Shown here in pieces: positions 62,055-64,000 of a DNA stretch of 64,000 nt. Both the position numbers and the translations under genes were made by a program. The stretch lies in assembly GCA_964252035.1 (NCBI GenBank), contig OZ176202.1; one strand, given 5' to 3'. The DNA is from Podarcis erhardii (Eukaryota). How positions within the stretch are numbered: the stretch's first letter is position 1; every line of letters begins with the position of its first letter. Under the pieces are notes generated by a model that searched no databases, was not told where the DNA came from, and saw only the letters and a program-made list of their open reading frames with translations.

Positions 62055-62147
62055 CATGTCTTTGAAGATCCAGAAGGAAAAATTGAATTGCCCCCTTCTT
62101 TAAAAGTGAGTTTCTGGAGAAGGCCACAAGAATTCTTAGTCACTAAG
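62055..62147 (+). CDS. ADGB: Androglobin coding exon 3
   Basis: Acceptor gctttttacAG; [31 protein letters not shown] vs human [25 protein letters not shown]; donor AAG|GTGAGA; 93 nt, phase 0-0. The gene continues beyond the window. Confidence 0.93.
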
Positions 62148-62233
62148 GTGAGAAGATGTTTCTTATTTGATGTTTATTTTATACAGCAGAGTTGCTAACC
62201 CTGCGCCCATTAGTACCCCCACCAGATTAAGAC

Positions 62234-62235
62234 GA

Positions 62236-62275
<40 letters not shown>

Positions 62276-62276
62276 A
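62234..62276. repeat. (GAAA)n microsatellite
   Basis: Directly visible. Confidence 0.95.
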
Positions 62277-64000
62277 GTGTCTCCCTTCCTAGAAAGACAG
62301 TTATGAAGCAAAATATGCAGATAAGCAAAATATGCAGATATAATCAATTTCTGTGAAAAGAGCCAGCCTGGCTCTCTTGCCTGTCAATATTTTTAGCCAA
62401 TGAGTGAAGTCAGAGGTGTGATAAGTGAGTTGTTTGGACACCAGACAACATGAATCCATTGAGTCCTACAGAGTTTCTGTTTCCCCCTCCCCTTTAGTGC
62501 ACTTTCCCAGCTTGTGTTTTATGTTTTAGCTGCTCTGTTTATTTTGTTTTTCTGCCTGCCAGCCACATTGAGCAGGAGCTCCTTGGAAGGCTCTTTAAAA
62601 ATGTCTCTGTTGTGGTAGTAGAAAGAATGTGGGAATTGCCTGTCAGTCATTTTGCTGCCTGCAAAGTTGTAGTGGTGGGGGTTGGGGGGGTGCCCATTTC
62701 AGAGTCATCATTATGATCATCACCATTTGTTCCTGCCTGTTCCCAAGTTGTTTGAGTGGGGGAGAGCATAGTGCAATGGTAGAAACATAATTACAATCAT
62801 ATCCTCATACACCTCTAATTTTGAGACGCTTGTAGATGACTTTCCTCCTCAAACATTGTCCAATCTGGGCCAGTATTGTTTAACTATCCCACTGTTACCT
62901 ATATTCAAAGGTTTTGCGGGTGTTTGCCTTCAAAACTTGCCTGACCAGTGTATAACAGTGGGGGGGGTGGCATGTATGCCATGGGAAACAATGGAAAACA
63001 ATGCCACTATCACACTATTGTATGTCATCCACTGATTATTTCACTAATGTCCAAACTCAGTTCAACAACAGTTCATCAGTCTTTTACAGAATTTTAGCAT
63101 TGATTACTTTAAATTACCTTTCTTAACTTTTGATTAACATTTTGTAGGCAGTTATAAGTTATTTCAAGATTTTGAATGTGTATAAGCGTTCATAAACATT
63201 TTAATAAAAGAATTACAAATATCTTTTTAGGTGCCTGTGGTAGTAAAAAATGAAGCATGGTTTGACCTTTTTTCAGCCAATGAACATTTAATGGGCAGTG
63301 AGGTATGTGTATGATCTCTTCTTAATAAAGAAAGCATATTAATTGTGTAGATGAATGGAGGAGACTTTTGATGTTGTCATAAAACAGGTAAAATGCCTTT
63401 GCTAGGGCAGGGATGGCGCTACCATGCCACAAGGCGAAGTGACCTGTTGCAGGTGATGCCACAGAAGGAGGGTTAACAGAAGGGAAGAATGAGCACACTG
63501 ACATTTTCAAAATGGTGTAAGCTACCTTGAGCTACTTTAAAATTCAGAATGAACTGAGTTTAAAAAATCAGCTTGGGGGTAGAGTGCCAGCTGCTGAAGA
63601 GGTAGATTACATGAAAAAATATATGATAACACATGGATTGAGAACAATTTCCATCCATTTTAACAAGGGGTTTGGTGTTATAGGGGAGCTACTGAAAGGG
63701 AAAAGTGGGGGGATCCAGGTGAATTTAAGCGTGTTGGGGTCTCATTGATGTCATTGGCCTTAAGGATTTGGATTGCATTTGGATTGCACCTTACAACAAC
63801 AAGGAGTATGTTACCCTAAACCCAGTAAGGCTTGCTTCTGAGTAGGTAAGAATAGACTTGAACAGTTAATTAAGGGAGGGCTACATACTAGAATACCTTA
63901 GGCTTTGGTTAAAATTAACTAAAGTTCTTGGCCTCAGTCTAGAGACTGGATGCTGTTCACCCACAACAACATACAGGATCTTCCACTTTGTCCCCATGCA

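Overview
Squamate reptile genomic DNA, most likely a lacertid lizard (inferred from Sauria/Squam-type SINEs, L2, CR1, Penelope and pogo/hAT MITEs). The window carries the conserved vertebrate gene order GRM1-RAB32-ADGB, all on the + strand. It holds the last coding exon and 3' UTR of GRM1 (6253-7144), the complete three-exon RAB32 (27160-27415, 46035-46312, 48444-48593; 227 aa) and the first three coding exons of androglobin ADGB (55437-55510, 59968-60145, 62055-62147). The rest is intronic or intergenic and rich in transposons. The most notable non-genic structure is an SNRPF (SmF) retrocopy in RAB32 intron 1, with a 14-bp TSD and a nested MITE; it brings in splice-site and poly(A)-signal sequences that could make a poison or chimeric RAB32 exon. 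Other notable items: a Penelope-like insertion downstream of GRM1 with a hammerhead-ribozyme core, two solo LTRs of one family (one about 1 kb upstream of RAB32, inside a 5S-derived SINE), a perfect IRF element upstream of RAB32, inverted TE pairs able to form intronic dsRNA, and a 27-bp duplication resembling a templated insertion. Gene calls rest on recalled human protein sequences plus splice-phase consistency. Repeat family names are from recall and need Dfam/Repbase confirmation. All regulatory and splicing ideas are untested hypotheses. I saw no CRISPR array and no intact tRNA or rRNA gene.
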